This document shows, piece after piece, positions 37,031 through 50,578 of a stretch of 64,000 nucleotides of DNA; position 1 is the stretch's first letter, and each line of letters opens with the position of its first letter. The position numbers were made by a program, and so were the translations under genes. Source of the stretch: Octopus sinensis (lineage: Eukaryota); assembly GCF_006345805.1 (NCBI RefSeq), contig NC_043010.1:45508001-45572000 (forward strand), in the 5' to 3' direction. Under the pieces are notes generated by a model. It was not told the origin of the DNA. It searched no databases and saw only the letters and a program-made list of their open reading frames with translations.

Positions 37031-38199
37031 TACTGTGATTTTTTTTTCTCTTTCTTTAGAAATCTTTTGAAAGTGGTTTAGCATATTCTCTTTTCTTATA
37101 TATGAAGAATTTTTGGTAGATAAGAAGATGGACTTTATATAGCAACGTAAGAGGTTCTTGTTTCTGAGTGACTCTTTTCTGAAAGTCTTTTGCATATATT
37201 CAGTTATGAAAAAAATTTCAGTTTAGGCTGTAGCTAGAAATTATGTACAAGGAGTGACTCAACTACTCTCTTCGTTTTCAGCTTCTCTGTAGCTAGTATC
37301 ACCTATTGCAACTGATGCTAAAAAAAGAAAAAGATAAAAAGTTTTGGTAGTTGTGTAAAATCATACGTCTGGAAAAGAATATAAGTGTTTATAAAGCAAT
37401 AGTAAAAATGATACTTCCCTTAAGTTTGTAGTAAAGTACTGAATAGTGACTGCATTTGTATTGGAGTATTTTTGTCATGGTGTGACAGTTTTGGAAATAT
37501 GTAGCACAGCAGCAGCATGGCAGTGATACTGAAACTTCAAAGTTCCAAGTTACGGTCTTGTCTGGGTTAATGTAACTCTATTCTGTTGATGTTGGGAAAA
37601 TATGTCTAAGTCCTGTATAAGGATAAAGTAGTTGAATTTAAGATCAATGGAAAACACACCCCTCTGTATTTGGATAGGAGTTAACATAGCAACTTTTGTC
37701 CTGGCAAATTGCGGGGAGCATTTTCTTATTAGATTTTGTTCTTCAGTGTATTTAAAACCACATTGAAAAGATAAATATAAACAACCACTGGAACTCTTCC
37801 CGAAGCCAGTACTTATTGTGTCCTATTATATTTTTTTTACATTGAATACTTACTGTACAGTGTGTGTGTGTGAAGTAACCTGATTAAATTGTGTATATAG
37901 TGTCTTTACAGTTATGTGGTTTAATGGCAATGCAAAAAGTTGATAATAGCTGAATTATGTATATATAAAAAAAAATACTTGAAAATGTCAGAATAGTATG
38001 AAATATACAAATTTTGCTGCCAATTTAGAGTTTAATGTTTAACTATCATTGACTTCTGAAGTGACATAGGTAGGTAGGCGTTTATGACTGAGTGGGGGCA
38101 GGTAGAAAGATAAATAAATGGACAGATCAATAGACAGGGAATTAAATTAAATTAACTAGCAAATGGCCCTAGGCTGAGATTGTTGTTGGATAGACAATG

Positions 38200-38560
38200 T
38201 TGGTGAATTGTATTGTGGGTGTTTTTGGATTTAAAGATTTATCATCAAATGTGCTGTTTGTTTGTTATTACATCAATAATTGGATAACCAGACACAGTTA
38301 CTGTTTGGAGCATGAATACTCTTCAATTTATCAAAATATGTGTCATTCTAACTACTATGTTTTACATCCTAAATTATGCACAAAATACCTCCCCAATTCT
38401 GTTTTCACAGATCTGGCATGTCTGCACATATTTTCCTGTTGATATTGAACTTTAAATATACAAACTTGTTCATCAACTACATCAATCTCATCAACATTAA
38501 GTGGAAGGCTAACTTTAGCTAACTTACTTAAAAAAGAGAAAATCAACAATAAACAAAATC
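38200..38560 (-). mobile_element. Possible hAT transposase C-terminal (dimerisation) remnant
   Basis: Minus strand LPLNVDEIDVVDEQ...; IHAPNSNC...NNKQT, weakly resembling IP.SNA..ER.FS..N.T. Confidence 0.3.
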
Positions 38561-39774
38561 TTTAAAAATCTAATTAAAGAATAACACTAAAACGTTGAAT
38601 TGTGCACTTCCTCTTAGACTGTCAAAGTGAAATGTAGAATAGAAAGAAATAAGACATTAAAAATTTACATTTTCCAAAAGGAGTATTTAAAATTCTTTCT
38701 ATATCTTACTTTCTTCAACTTAGACCTATGTAACCTTCCTGTACTTCCCCACAAAGCATACGTCCTACCACATCTCTCTAGATGTACTTGCATAATTACT
38801 ATAAGCCAACATCAACCATAATGAAGTCTGGCTTTAAACATATAGATTGAAGGTGGCACCTACTAAAAGCTCTCTCCCAAGCTGCTAGTAGTCAAATCTT
38901 ACTCAAAACATACTCTGCCTCCTTAAAAATAAGGCACACTTTATAATGTAGTCCAGAGTTATACAGTCTCAAAAAATAAATAAGATGGGAATGTCATGGC
39001 TGGCATGCTTTTTATATACCTGCTCAATCAAAGCTGACTTAAGACTATTTAACAATCATCTCTGTTTTACATCCACTTAGCCTAAAGAATGAAAAAGTAT
39101 AACCAACCATTACATTCCACAAGAAGCCTCTACACAGTCGCTCCGTATGCTAGAAATAGCAGTCAAATGTCCCTTGAATTAAATCCTAATGTTTTCAAAA
39201 AGAAATGAGATAGAGAATAATGTAGTCTTGGATGTTTGAATTTGTTATAGCTTGAAAGCCTTTGGTCATAGGTCTTTACGATCAAAGTTGATCTAGGACT
39301 AAACAATAAACAACCTAAAAAATTCACACATCCTGAAAACACCATCTCTTTTACAAACCAGACAGTTATATATACATCAAAAGGACTTTCAAAGATGTGT
39401 ATGCATAAGGTTTCAAAATCAATTACCAGACTGACTGTGTAAGTATAAGAACTGGATATTATAAGAGAGATTATAGACTAGTTGCAATTATACTTTTGTG
39501 CCAACAAAAATATTATTATTATACAGAAATTGTTACTGCTGATAAGAATAAGATTATTAATCTTATGGTTGGCTTCTTAGATGTAAGACTGTTTTTGCTA
39601 GAGAAGATAATAGAGAATTTAATTGACCCTCAATGTATTACTGATACTTTTATTAATCTGCAGAAAGAATAGGATATGAAAGGAAACCTGATGAAACTGT
39701 CTGTTCTCAATGTCATTATTTGTATTAGAAACAATATGTATTACTAGAGGAAGCAATCAAATGAACTAGACAAA

Positions 39775-40100
39775 AGTAGGCAAGTGTCCTCTACTGTAGC
39801 CTTCAGCCATCCAAAGTCTTGTGAGTGGATTTGGTTAATGGAAACTGAAAGAAGCTTATTGTGTGTGTGTGTTTGTGTGTCTCTTTGACGTGACATCATG
39901 TAATAGCTGTAAATTAACATCACCATCATACAAGCTATGTTGTTCATTTCCAATCTTCCTTGAAAAATATTTCTGGCCATGGGTAACAGATGAGAGTCAG
40001 ATGACAAGAAGGACATTCAGCTGCAGAAAATTCTGCCTCAACAAGTTCTGTCTGACCCATGCAAGAAGCTTGGAACAGTGAATGTTAAACGATGATGATG
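39775..40100 (+). mobile_element. Family-B-core SINE with an RTE-type (GAT)n tail
   Basis: GCAAGTGTCCTCTACTGTAGCC...GTGAGTGGATTTGG core, then ...GTTAAACGATGATGATG. Confidence 0.65.
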
Positions 40101-42684
40101 ATTCCAAGCAAGCATTTAAATAGATACAAAACTAAATAGATGGCAATGATACAAACTTTCTAATGAATATATATACCATAAATTTAAGGAAATACTAATT
40201 AACTTTGATAGTCAAGGTCAGTTTACTAGGCAAGCTCTCTAAACTAAATAAGCCATATCATGAAGAATTTTACATATTTTGAATTCTTATTTTGAAACTT
40301 GTTGTTTGAGTCACCAGAGAGAACTGAAATACACTGTCATATGCCTTCTAGAGCCTGGGAGGGTCTATTAGTGACATAGAAAACGTGTATTGTTTCATAT
40401 ATTTATTTACATTCTTGTTCTCTTTGTTGATTTTTATTTATTTATCTATTTTTGCATGAATGGAAATATGTTAGCTTCTACTTGTTATGTAATAGCTCTG
40501 AGTAGAAAAAGGCATTATTATACTGGACTTAAAAAAAAATCCCCCTACTTTCAATTATGATTTTTTTTTCTTTAGCAGGTTAAGAGCAGCACACATATAA
40601 TGTAGCAATATCTAATTACCTCTGACATGCTAAAACTCAACACCTTGCTCATGGAGCAATGTTTGGGGCATTTACTGGAAAACCAATATTAGTATTAAAA
40701 ATATTTCAAATAAACTATATATTTAACTAATGATAATAAAATACTTCTCTTGGTTCTATGTTGAAATTACTGTTAGTTTTATTTTATTACATTAGACTTC
40801 GTAAAAAATTTAAAAACACATGCAATTATTGCTTTCTTCGTGTCCTGTATTCTAATAACGTTTATTATTTTCCAATTGATAGTGTTAGTTTTAACTTAAA
40901 AAACAAACAAATGAATCTCAACCTGTCATTCTCTCAATGTAGTAATATGTTAGCATGTGCAACACTTTTTTTATACTAAAAAATTAAGAGCTGGTCTGGA
41001 ATTTTAGTGAGATAATTGTGTATCAGGTTCTTAAACAACTGAACTGATCCATTCTGTATGCCCTATGATACCTTGGACTACATTTTGTAGATTCTAATAT
41101 CAGCACACGGATTGCTTTGTTTTCTTGTATTATAATATTCAGAGATAGGCCAATGGATGTATATAGCTACTCCAATGTAAATATACTGATGGGCAAGGTT
41201 TTATGCCAATTAGACAGATTTGTTCAAATTGGTCCCTGTGCGAAGAGAGGGCCCTGTACACATGCTTAAGTGGAGGATGCATTTTGGCTTTGACTGGTGC
41301 ACTACACAAAGCATAAAACACTAATATTCAGCTTTTGTAGAGTAGAAGGCCCCACTGACAATTCTCTAATTGGGCCCTGCACTTTCTAGCACCAGCCCTG
41401 CTGATAGGGGAGCAAGAATTTTAAACTTGTTCTATTGAGAGGATTAGTGGCAGTGATTTTTTTCAGATTCTTGAACTGGAACTTCCAAGAATATTTCCTG
41501 ACATTCACTTGGACTAGTTCAGGATTTTGGTAATATGTTTATCAAAACATTACTTTTAGAATTCTTTTGATTTACCATTTGTTTCTGTCTTGCATTTACC
41601 AGCATTTATTTCTATTTTATTATGTGCAATTTGAGTGAAATTGTCTGATGACAATCATTTGCCTTCAACCAGCTAAAATACCTTGTATTTACATTACTGG
41701 TGCTTTTTATTGACCCCAGAAGGAATCAAATGAGCTAAACCTGTCAGGGTTTAAGTTCAAAATGATCCTTTCATACAGTTGGTTGGAAACAACAAAAGCA
41801 AATTAGTTTAAGATACTTAAGCAAAAGCAAACTCTGTGAAGGTATGTAGAACCTGTTAATACTCTCTCCTCTCTCTCTCATATGTACATAATATATCTGC
41901 AAAATATTTTCCACACAATCTCTATGTCTATGAAAGCACATGATCAAAGTTTACAATTGTTCATTCAACTCAACTATGGGACTGACCGAAATTAGCTACA
42001 TACATTTTTTTGTTAGATTTTCCTTTGAGGAATGTGAGGAATAGAATTAAAAATATTCTGTTCTTCAATTTACTTTATAGACTTTTTGTTTAAAATATTT
42101 TACTTTGATACCATTTATCTAAATCTACTTTATGATGAAACCAGCCAGCCAAATACAAATCATATATTTTATTATGAATATATTACTAATCTAATTAGTT
42201 GTCAGATTCCAAGTAAAACAAACATTTTTTTTTTACCTATGACAGTTAAATTCTTTTTAAGAAAGGGGTTATTTGTAGGAATTTTACTTAGAAAATTAGA
42301 TAAATTAGTTACCTCATAAAAGTTTTTACACATAATGATGTTAATAATGTCGACTATCTATAGTCATAAAAAAAATTGATTGTAAGCATCCTAACCAAAA
42401 AAAAAAACTACAAAAAAATTAACCATTTTTGTATTATCTAGTGTATATATGTACAAAAGAATCAGGAAACAAAAAATAAATTAATTAATATAATCAACTC
42501 TCAGTGGATTTTGTTTTTTCTTTCCTTTATTTTTTGTGATGGGGGACGTCTAAACAATGATTATATAAACTTATGTTAGCTTTGTCTTATATTCTGAAAT
42601 TTCATCACAGATTCTCTCACATCAAGCCTAATCTTGACTGTATCTTTGAGTTTATTATTACGTTTAGATGTGTTATTGCGTTTA

Positions 42685-42833
42685 GTGGTTGGTGTTAGGA
42701 AGGGCATCCAGCTGTAGAAGCTCTGCCAGATCAAGATTAGAGCCTGGTGCAGCCATCTGGTTTGCCAGCCCTCAGTCAAAATCATCCAACCCATGCTAGC
42801 ATGGAAAGCGGACATTAAACAATGATGATGATG
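42685..42833 (+). mobile_element. RTE-tail-type repeat ending in (GAT)n
   Basis: Reverse-complement match to 25330-25466. Confidence 0.7.
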
Positions 42834-43899
42834 TGTATTAACCAAGATCAAGTAATTTAACTCATAAATCTCTGTACTCTTCTGTCGCTATTCTCACCTA
42901 CTGACCAATCACTTAACATTCCTTGTAGTAAACAAATTTGTAAAAATATATCCCCAGTAAAAGATTTCATTCTTTTGTATATTGCATGGGCAAATTGTAA
43001 ATTAGTAGTTAATTAGCTATCTGATTTGTAACACTAGTACTATTTTATTTATCAGAAGCTATTAGTTTCGTTTAATAAATTAGACATCATACCTACTGCT
43101 ATCATTTTATTTTTATCAGTTCCTTATTTTACATTTATAACTCACTAACTCATGCTCTCCCTCTTTTGCTCTCTCATTCCTTAATGCTTGCAATTATATG
43201 TAAGTTTTCAATATTACCTATGTTTATGTGCAGGTTTTCTCTAGCATAATTTAATAACATACATTTACTTTTTTTCGATGTTAAAATATTGTGTTTGTGC
43301 ATGTGTGCATACATGATTCCATGTATTATTTAGATTTAGATACCTCTGTTACACGCTTACACAGATCAGATATTAATCTGGTGATAACAAGGAACATCAA
43401 TTTCAGTGAATTATCACAGAGTGAATATTAATCTAGTGATGTTAAGAAGTATCAATTCCATTGAATTCATAAATATAAAAATATTGTAAAGAAAAATTAT
43501 CTACACCCATTCAATTAATGTTATTTTGGTGATTTATGGCACCTTTTTCTTTCTCCCTAATAATATTGTTCTCTGATTTCAACAGTTATGTAATTTCCTT
43601 GAGAAATACACTCAATCTGCAACAGCATATCAGTCAGTCGTAATTGAGAAATATTATTGCTCTCAAGCGTTCTTACATGTTTCATATTGATTGTGCTTTA
43701 ATCTTTGGCCTGGAAGCAGGATTGCGTCTTCATAAAAACAACTCTAATATGAAAAATATCCAATACTAAGCTTAGGATCTTAAACAAAAGCTTGTTTCTC
43801 AGCCTTTTGGTTATAATAACTACTAATTTATCATATAAATAATAGGGATAAATACATTTATCAAATACCATACAATATAAATTTTTGATTTATTAAAAT

Positions 43900-45900
43900 T
43901 TCTTTGCCTCAAGAGAAATGGCAATTAAGATCAGCTCCACTTGAGAAGAAGAAATAATCTCATGAATCAAGAATTCTCCAAAGTTAGGTGGTTAAAGAAA
44001 AGAACAAGCTTATTATCTGGAGATGAGAAGATATTGAAACGTGTGTTTCTGCCTCAATAAGTGTCATCAGCAGAACAACTGTACAACCTTATCTCTACTT
44101 GATTCATAAGGATGTTGTTCATGCTTGATAGTCTGGTAGTTTGATTGTAGAATTTTACTTCTCTTCATAATGAAATGTTATGGTTGGAAAAAAATTGTTT
44201 GTTTTATAATTGTTTCTTCTTAGCCATCAGTAACCTTCAAGAGGTAATTAGCTTTAATACTTTCAAAATAAGAAGAATAGGAGTTATAAAATTAATGCCC
44301 TTTACTAGGACATTAGTAGTATACGTGCTGTGAAGTAACTAAGACTTGGAATCAAATGTTGTTCATGAATTCTGCTTACTCAGCTTTCTAAAGTGCCTGG
44401 CTTCTCATTGATACTGGAAATTTATTTTGAATGCTAGCTGGACACTCAATGACAATATTATTTATATTCACTTTTATGATGGCTACAATTCAAATTCAGA
44501 TGCTCCATCCTGCAAATTTATTACCCAATTAAGAGAAGGATTTAAGTAAATCCTAATATTACTGAGTAGTCATAATGAAAAACTGATACAATTGGCAATT
44601 GGCACTTACTAGCTAAGATATCATCTGATTAATATTCTGCTGTGGTTGTTATAAGAATCTTATCAATATAATCTCTAAAGATGGCTGCAAAATTGGTAAG
44701 ACGTTTGGTTACTGACCTGACATTAAATGTAAAATGGCAAATGGGAAAGGTATCCAACTATCTCTGGTTCACATCTACTGCTGATATTTTATGTATTTGG
44801 GCAGTACACTTAATTCTATAGGCTTCAGTTCTTCTTGCTGTTGTGAATAAGTGCCAAATTTTCTGAGAATGTTACAAGTACTAGTCTGGCATCATTAGTA
44901 GGAAGTTTTTCTCTTATTTTCTTAATACTGTGAATTTAGAGCTGATGTATTATCCTTCTGAGCTTTGTAAGGTTCTTAAATAGTTTTTTTTTTTCACTCG
45001 CCTGAAGGATATGGGATCAAACACTAGCATTTGGCAGTGTTCCTAGCAAGATCATCCATTAATCATTATGAGAGATTTATGAATGGATTTGTAAATAGTT
45101 CTCTCACAAAGACCATATGTTTGAACTATACATGGTTAAACTCATGCGTTCAATCCAGTGATAACATGCAAATAAGCTTTGATTTTTCTAGGATTGTGAA
45201 TTTTGTAATTTCATTCTTCATCAGTGAGATACTGAGCATAGTGGTGTTAGAACAGATCAAAACTTCAAATGAGAATAGCTCATTAGAATGCTAAGTTACC
45301 GAAAATCAGTAAATGGTTTAGTAGCTTACATTGCTGAGATTGAAACCATTAACTGAAGAAGAATCTTTTGAACCCAATGATGGTTGAAGTTTTATCACTT
45401 GCTACTCTTGTAGAGATAAAATAGACTAGAGGTTTTGGTATTTTTGGCCTACTAACTTATGAGTTTTGATTTCAAATGTATTATTGGCATTTTTCTCTGA
45501 ATTTCTGAAATGAGGAATTATCATTATTATATACTGTTATATTTGGACTATTGTTCTTATTTTGGTTGTTATAGACATGACATTTCAGTATCCTCCTGCC
45601 TTCATTAGGTGCCTGTCATATTCAGTAATATTTTTGAAGTTTCAAATCAAACATTTTATTCAGTTCTGGGGCTAGATTGTTCTTATTTTCATTGTCCATT
45701 CTTAGGATCATCTTGTCTTACTTATTCTAGTACTTGTGATGCCTCTTGCTTATTTCTCTTGAAGTAGAATATAGATTCACTCTTTCACAGATTAAACTTG
45801 TACTCAGCAAGTAAACTGTGATACTTAATGCTTGGTAATGTTTATATTCACTATAGCACAATGAATATAAGAGGTGATCATTTTTTAAAACTCACTGTAT
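43900..45900 (-). mobile_element. Very decayed LINE-like tract (possibly CR1)
   Basis: Only a residual SADDT (RT YADD-like) at ~44060-44075 and LINE-like composition; the extent is a guess. Confidence 0.25.
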
Positions 45901-46288
45901 ACATATGTGAGACCCTATCATATTTAGTATGCAATATGTCCCTGTGAGATAGTTTTCCTCAATCATATTTTATTGACCCCTGAAAAGATGAAAGGCAAAA
46001 TATTCTACAATTTGGGTCTATTATTTTTTTTTCATGATGACAATAGTATGCTCATTGCTGAAGGGATGGACTTTATTCTTACTGCAGTTCTAGAGATGGC
46101 ATACTGCTAATTTGCTGCATTTCTCTGAGAAATTTCCAGAGAACAATCGTGAGTACCTTTCCAGATTTAGTGAAGGAGTCTTTACCAAACGGGGACAGAG
46201 GAAATCCAAGAAATACATAAATCTAAAATATTCTCCTGTCAGTATCAATCAGCAGTTACAGCCTGAAATTTATAGTGTCTGACAGGAC

Positions 46289-46358
46289 TGCTGGCACTAC
46301 ATCAGATACAAGCATTGTGAGCATCAGCTTTGCTCTTGTATCTGATGTAATGCCAGCA
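46289..46358. ncRNA. 70-nt hairpin, pre-miRNA-like (unassigned)
   Basis: 24-bp stem with one mismatch (TGCTGGCACTACATCAGATACAAG / CTTGTATCTGATGTAATGCCAGCA) and a 22-nt loop. Confidence 0.3.
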
Positions 46359-46899
46359 AAGTGATGTGGCCAAAGAAAATTGCCCATTATTGTTGTTGCA
46401 TTTCACAAAGTAAAGACATAACCCTGTGTACTTTTTTGGTTGAACTTGTGAAAATAATTGTTTCCAAGTTTTAGCCAAATATTTTGTGTTAAGAAATAGT
46501 TACTCAGAATCAAATTGATTTATTTTGCTAGAAAATTCAACTTCAGTATTCAAAAAGCACAAGTATAACGTGTCTGTACTCGCTGCAAATGGCTGGCTGC
46601 CAGCCTTAAACTAAAGTTTAGCACAATACATATGGATTGGAAGAAACAATGATGATTTTGTAGAAATAGCCAAACAATATAACACCACCCACACAGCATA
46701 TTTTGAACATAATCACCACCCCACAAAATAATACAATACATAAAATTACATACCTTATACTACAACTCCAATAATTCATATTCTACACAATTACTGCCCA
46801 ATAATATGACACAAATCACACAACCTTGCATTATATTGTCTACAATTACCATCTGGTACCAAAACATGTAAGACATTTGGCGCCTACTTTATACATAAT

Positions 46900-47420
46900 C
46901 CTGATACTAAAATGCAACATCAGCTACATGGCAATACAAAGTACAATTACCACCCATCGAAATAACACAGCTCACATTGCATACAATCTACGCATCAAAT
47001 AGACAAAACGCTAGAATAACAAGAAACCTCAAAGCAAACCCCACAACTAAGCAAAATTGTTTTAGTATACAAACATGACTCTATTCTCAAGAAGACATTC
47101 TAGGAAATTAGAATTTCACATGGTAGTGCTGTGGATACCCATATGAAACTGCTGGAGACATGATTACAATGCTATGATGTAAGAAAACAAACAGTCTCTC
47201 TAATAACAGGTGCTTTGGGAATCAAGCAGACAAATACTAATTTATGCAGACAATACATAATTCACATACACAATATATAGAGATTAATAACATAACTATA
47301 CATTGCACACGTATTACATAGAATAATCATTTTTTCACTAGAATAGACTACAAAGACCTAGACAAAACACTTCATTTATTTAAGGTGTATATAGCTATGT
47401 TTCATGATAATAACAAGACT
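46900..47420 (+). mobile_element. Decayed R4/Dong-type LINE 3' fragment
   Basis: ACAGTCTCTCTAATAACAGGTGCTTTGGGA (T.P.IIGALG) and ATACACAATATATAGAG...ACATTGCACACGTATTAC parallel the 29949-30167 copy. Confidence 0.45.
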
Positions 47421-47444
47421 TATGAAAACATTAATAACTGTTTT

Positions 47445-48145
47445 TAATTTAGGCCAGCAATTTTTGAAGGGTGGTTGATAATGCCCTTGATCTCAGTACT
47501 TGACTGGTATTTTATTTTATCAACCCCCAAAGATGAAAGACAAAGTTGACCTTGGCAGAATTTGAACTTAGAACTTAACCAACTGGGATAATAAATACTG
47601 CAAAGCATTTGTTTGACAATCTTATGATTCAGCTTATGCACTGCCATAATAATAATAATAATAATAATAATAATATTAATAATAATGATAATAATGATAA
47701 TAATAATAATAATAACAATAACAACAATAACAATAATAATTGTTTCAAATTTTGACACAAGGCCTGCAATTTCAGGGGAGGAGGTGAGTTGATTACATCA
47801 ACCCCAGTGTTCGACAGGTACTTATTTTATTGACCCTGAAAAGATGAAAGGCAGAGTCAGCCTTGGTGGAATTTGAACATGGAACATAAAGTTGGATGAA
47901 ACGCTAAGCATTTTACCTGGTGTGCTAGTAGTTCTGCCTGCTGTTTCAAATTTTGGCACAAGGGCAGCAATTGGAGAGTGGGAGGTTGATTACATTGACT
48001 CCAATACTTGACTGGTATTTTATTTTATTGACCATGAAAAGATGAAAGACAGAGCTGCACTTAGTAGTATTTGAACTCAGCATGTAAGATGTTAGAAGCG
48101 TTGCTAAGCATATAACATACTTATAAGTCTACCAGCTTGTTGTCT
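47445..48145 (-). mobile_element. Three head-to-tail family-A SINEs, with (AAT)n at 47647-47740
   Basis: Three successive tail-core-head units (~47445-47645, ~47738-47940, ~47941-48145). Confidence 0.75.
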
Positions 48146-49487
48146 TAATAATAATAATAATAATAACAACAACAACAATAGAAAAGCTAATACTCTTAGG
48201 AAGCCCCGTTATCTACAATGAATATCTTTGAAATAAACAAAAATGGTTTGTAATCACAAATCTACATAACCTAAGAGTTTGTGGTCAAATGGATGAGCCT
48301 TAAATAAGTTGGTAGACCTGCCAGAAATAGCAGCCAAATTACTGTCAAATTCCATCCTACAATTAAAAATTTTTTCAAATGGACATATAAGAGAATATAC
48401 ACTATAATTGAATAAAAAGATGAGATATTCATGGTTAGAACATATATAATCATAAGTTTTCTTGCTCTGGGTTGACCTGGTTTCTAAACAATGAAATCAG
48501 CATAATAAAACAATAATTTAGGAGTTATAGAATGGCTTTAGTTATTAATATTAATAATTAAATGATATCCTCTTTTCAGTGTTGTCATATATTGACACAC
48601 AGAGATATTAAATTATTTAAATTTCATTGAGATATTGTAATAATTCCAAATAAAAGTCATATTGGAATTCATTATTTCATGTATTAAAATGGTTGTCTAT
48701 AATGATGTACCATTGAGTTGCTGTTATTGTTTAGCCCAGGTCAGCTCTGACCAAGCAAGCAGACCTATGATAAAGACATACCAGCTGTGACCATCTCTTC
48801 TTTTATTCAGACTGTATTTAGGACTGTGTCCTCTTTTTAAAGATGATTGTGTATTTGAGGGTGGTCTAGTTGCTGTTTCTTACAAACCAAGCAATCACTC
48901 AAAACTTCATTTTCCCAATCTTTTTTACTCTTAAGAAATCCTTGAAATACACTCCTGTGTTTCAAGGAACCCATGCATAAAAATTATGATATATTTTTAT
49001 TACTTGTTTTTTTTTTTCACTTTCATCAACTTAAATTTCTCAAGAGAATAAACAGATCACTAAACTGTCTTGGAAAGTTTTGACAGTGCTAAATTCATCA
49101 CACGGCATAACAATTTAGTAAATATTATCTAATCAAATCTCATCTAATCAAAGCTTAGACCAAATTCTTCACTTCTTCCTTATTATGAAGTCCTTCTTTT
49201 TGTTATGTCTCCTTACTATGTACAGACAGCTGCCAAGATTTCCTGACCTTATGGAATATGATGAATATGCATAACAGAATTATGAATATAGAGTTAAGCA
49301 CAAAAGTTTCTCTAAAATGCATTTGCATGTAATAGCCTAGCTATCATTATTTCTTAGGGAACCCTAGGGTTCTGGGATAACCCAGTTAGGAAATAAATAC
49401 TGGCTTAGAAGCCCATTCATTAGCCTAATCTATTCTTAATTTAAGGGAACACATCAAAAAGTATTTGTAAATGTTTTATATGTTATA

Positions 49488-50578
49488 CAGGGTGGGGCAG
49501 AGAGGATGGACGTTTTTGAAAAATACAAAATCAGTAATTTTAACTGCAGACAAATTTTATTGACATCAATGTGTTCGTATTAAATTAACATTTGTCAAAA
49601 TCAAGTGTGGAAAGCAACATCCATCTTGTGGTGTCTGTTTTCATTGATTCATTTCTGAAGGCATTCTTGGAAGTTGGCCTCCACTCTCTCCAGCAATGCT
49701 CTCTTGATTTGGGTGGCTTCCACGCAAATAACTTCCTTCAAATCAACCATTGAGGTTAGCGGGCCAAGGAATGTCAGCAAATTTGAAAATCAGATGGTCA
49801 CTGAAGAGAGAGCGAAGAATGTCCATTGATGCTCTAGCTGTGTGGGCCATCGCCCCATCCTGCAGAAACCACACACATCAAATAGGCATACGTTTTCATT
49901 GTAATTCAGGCACAAAGAAGTTGTTTATCATCTCGAGTAATACTCAAAGTTCACAGTAACAGCATTTCCATTACAGTTCGATATTTAAGAGATGAGGAAT
50001 TATGTACATTATTTACATTCGACGGATATTTGTCCTCATCTTGTTTGTTAACAACAAACAAGATGAGGACAAATATCCGTCAAATGAAAATAATGTAAAT
50101 AATGTAGCATTTCCATTGTCTTCAAAAAAGTAAGGACCAGTGATGGCAACTTTTCCAACAGTACACCAGACCATCACTTTTGGGCTGTGCAGTGGTCTTT
50201 CATGCAGTTCTCTTGGATTTTCCACATTTTCCAGGGTCCATACTGTTCATGGTACCCCCACCAGTCTCCTATTCATTAGTGTACCTCCTGTACAAAGTGC
50301 ATTCACCCATTGTAAGATTGTGATACAAGTGGGAACAGCCTGATTTCAGAGAATGTTGAAGTGGTGCTGAAACTCACACTGAACTGCTATAACAGATTCG
50401 TTATTCTTCAAATAACTGTCGTAGCAAATATGCAATGCTCTATCGTCCACAGCACCATAGCTTCACCTGAAAAGAACAAAAATATGCTAAGATACCATGG
50501 ACCAAGTGGTACCTGTTGGACATATGTCCCGCCCCTTGGGGTTGAGTAATAGCCATTTCAAAAATACCTGCCCTCTCA
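49488..50578 (-). mobile_element. Internally deleted DD37D/DD41D (maT/rosa-like) Tc1/mariner element
   Basis: TA|CAGGGTGGGGCAGAGAGG TIR; MVLWTIEHC...KNNESVIAVQCEFQHHFNI..., ENPRELHERPLHSPKVMVWC..GPYFFED, VWFLQDGAMAH...DIPWPA; decayed opposite TIR near 50556-50578. Confidence 0.85.

Noticed and set aside
37255-37860. Strong polypyrimidine acceptors (TTTTCAG, CTGTAG) before TE-poor sequence
   Set aside because: The phase-1 frames hit stops within a few codons; a non-coding exon cannot be supported without expression data.
47647-47740. SINE (ATT)n tails as evidence of mobilisation by the R4/Dong LINEs
   Set aside because: From recalled family knowledge, Dong-type tails are (AAT)n on the sense strand, the opposite polarity, and I saw no shared 3' sequence.
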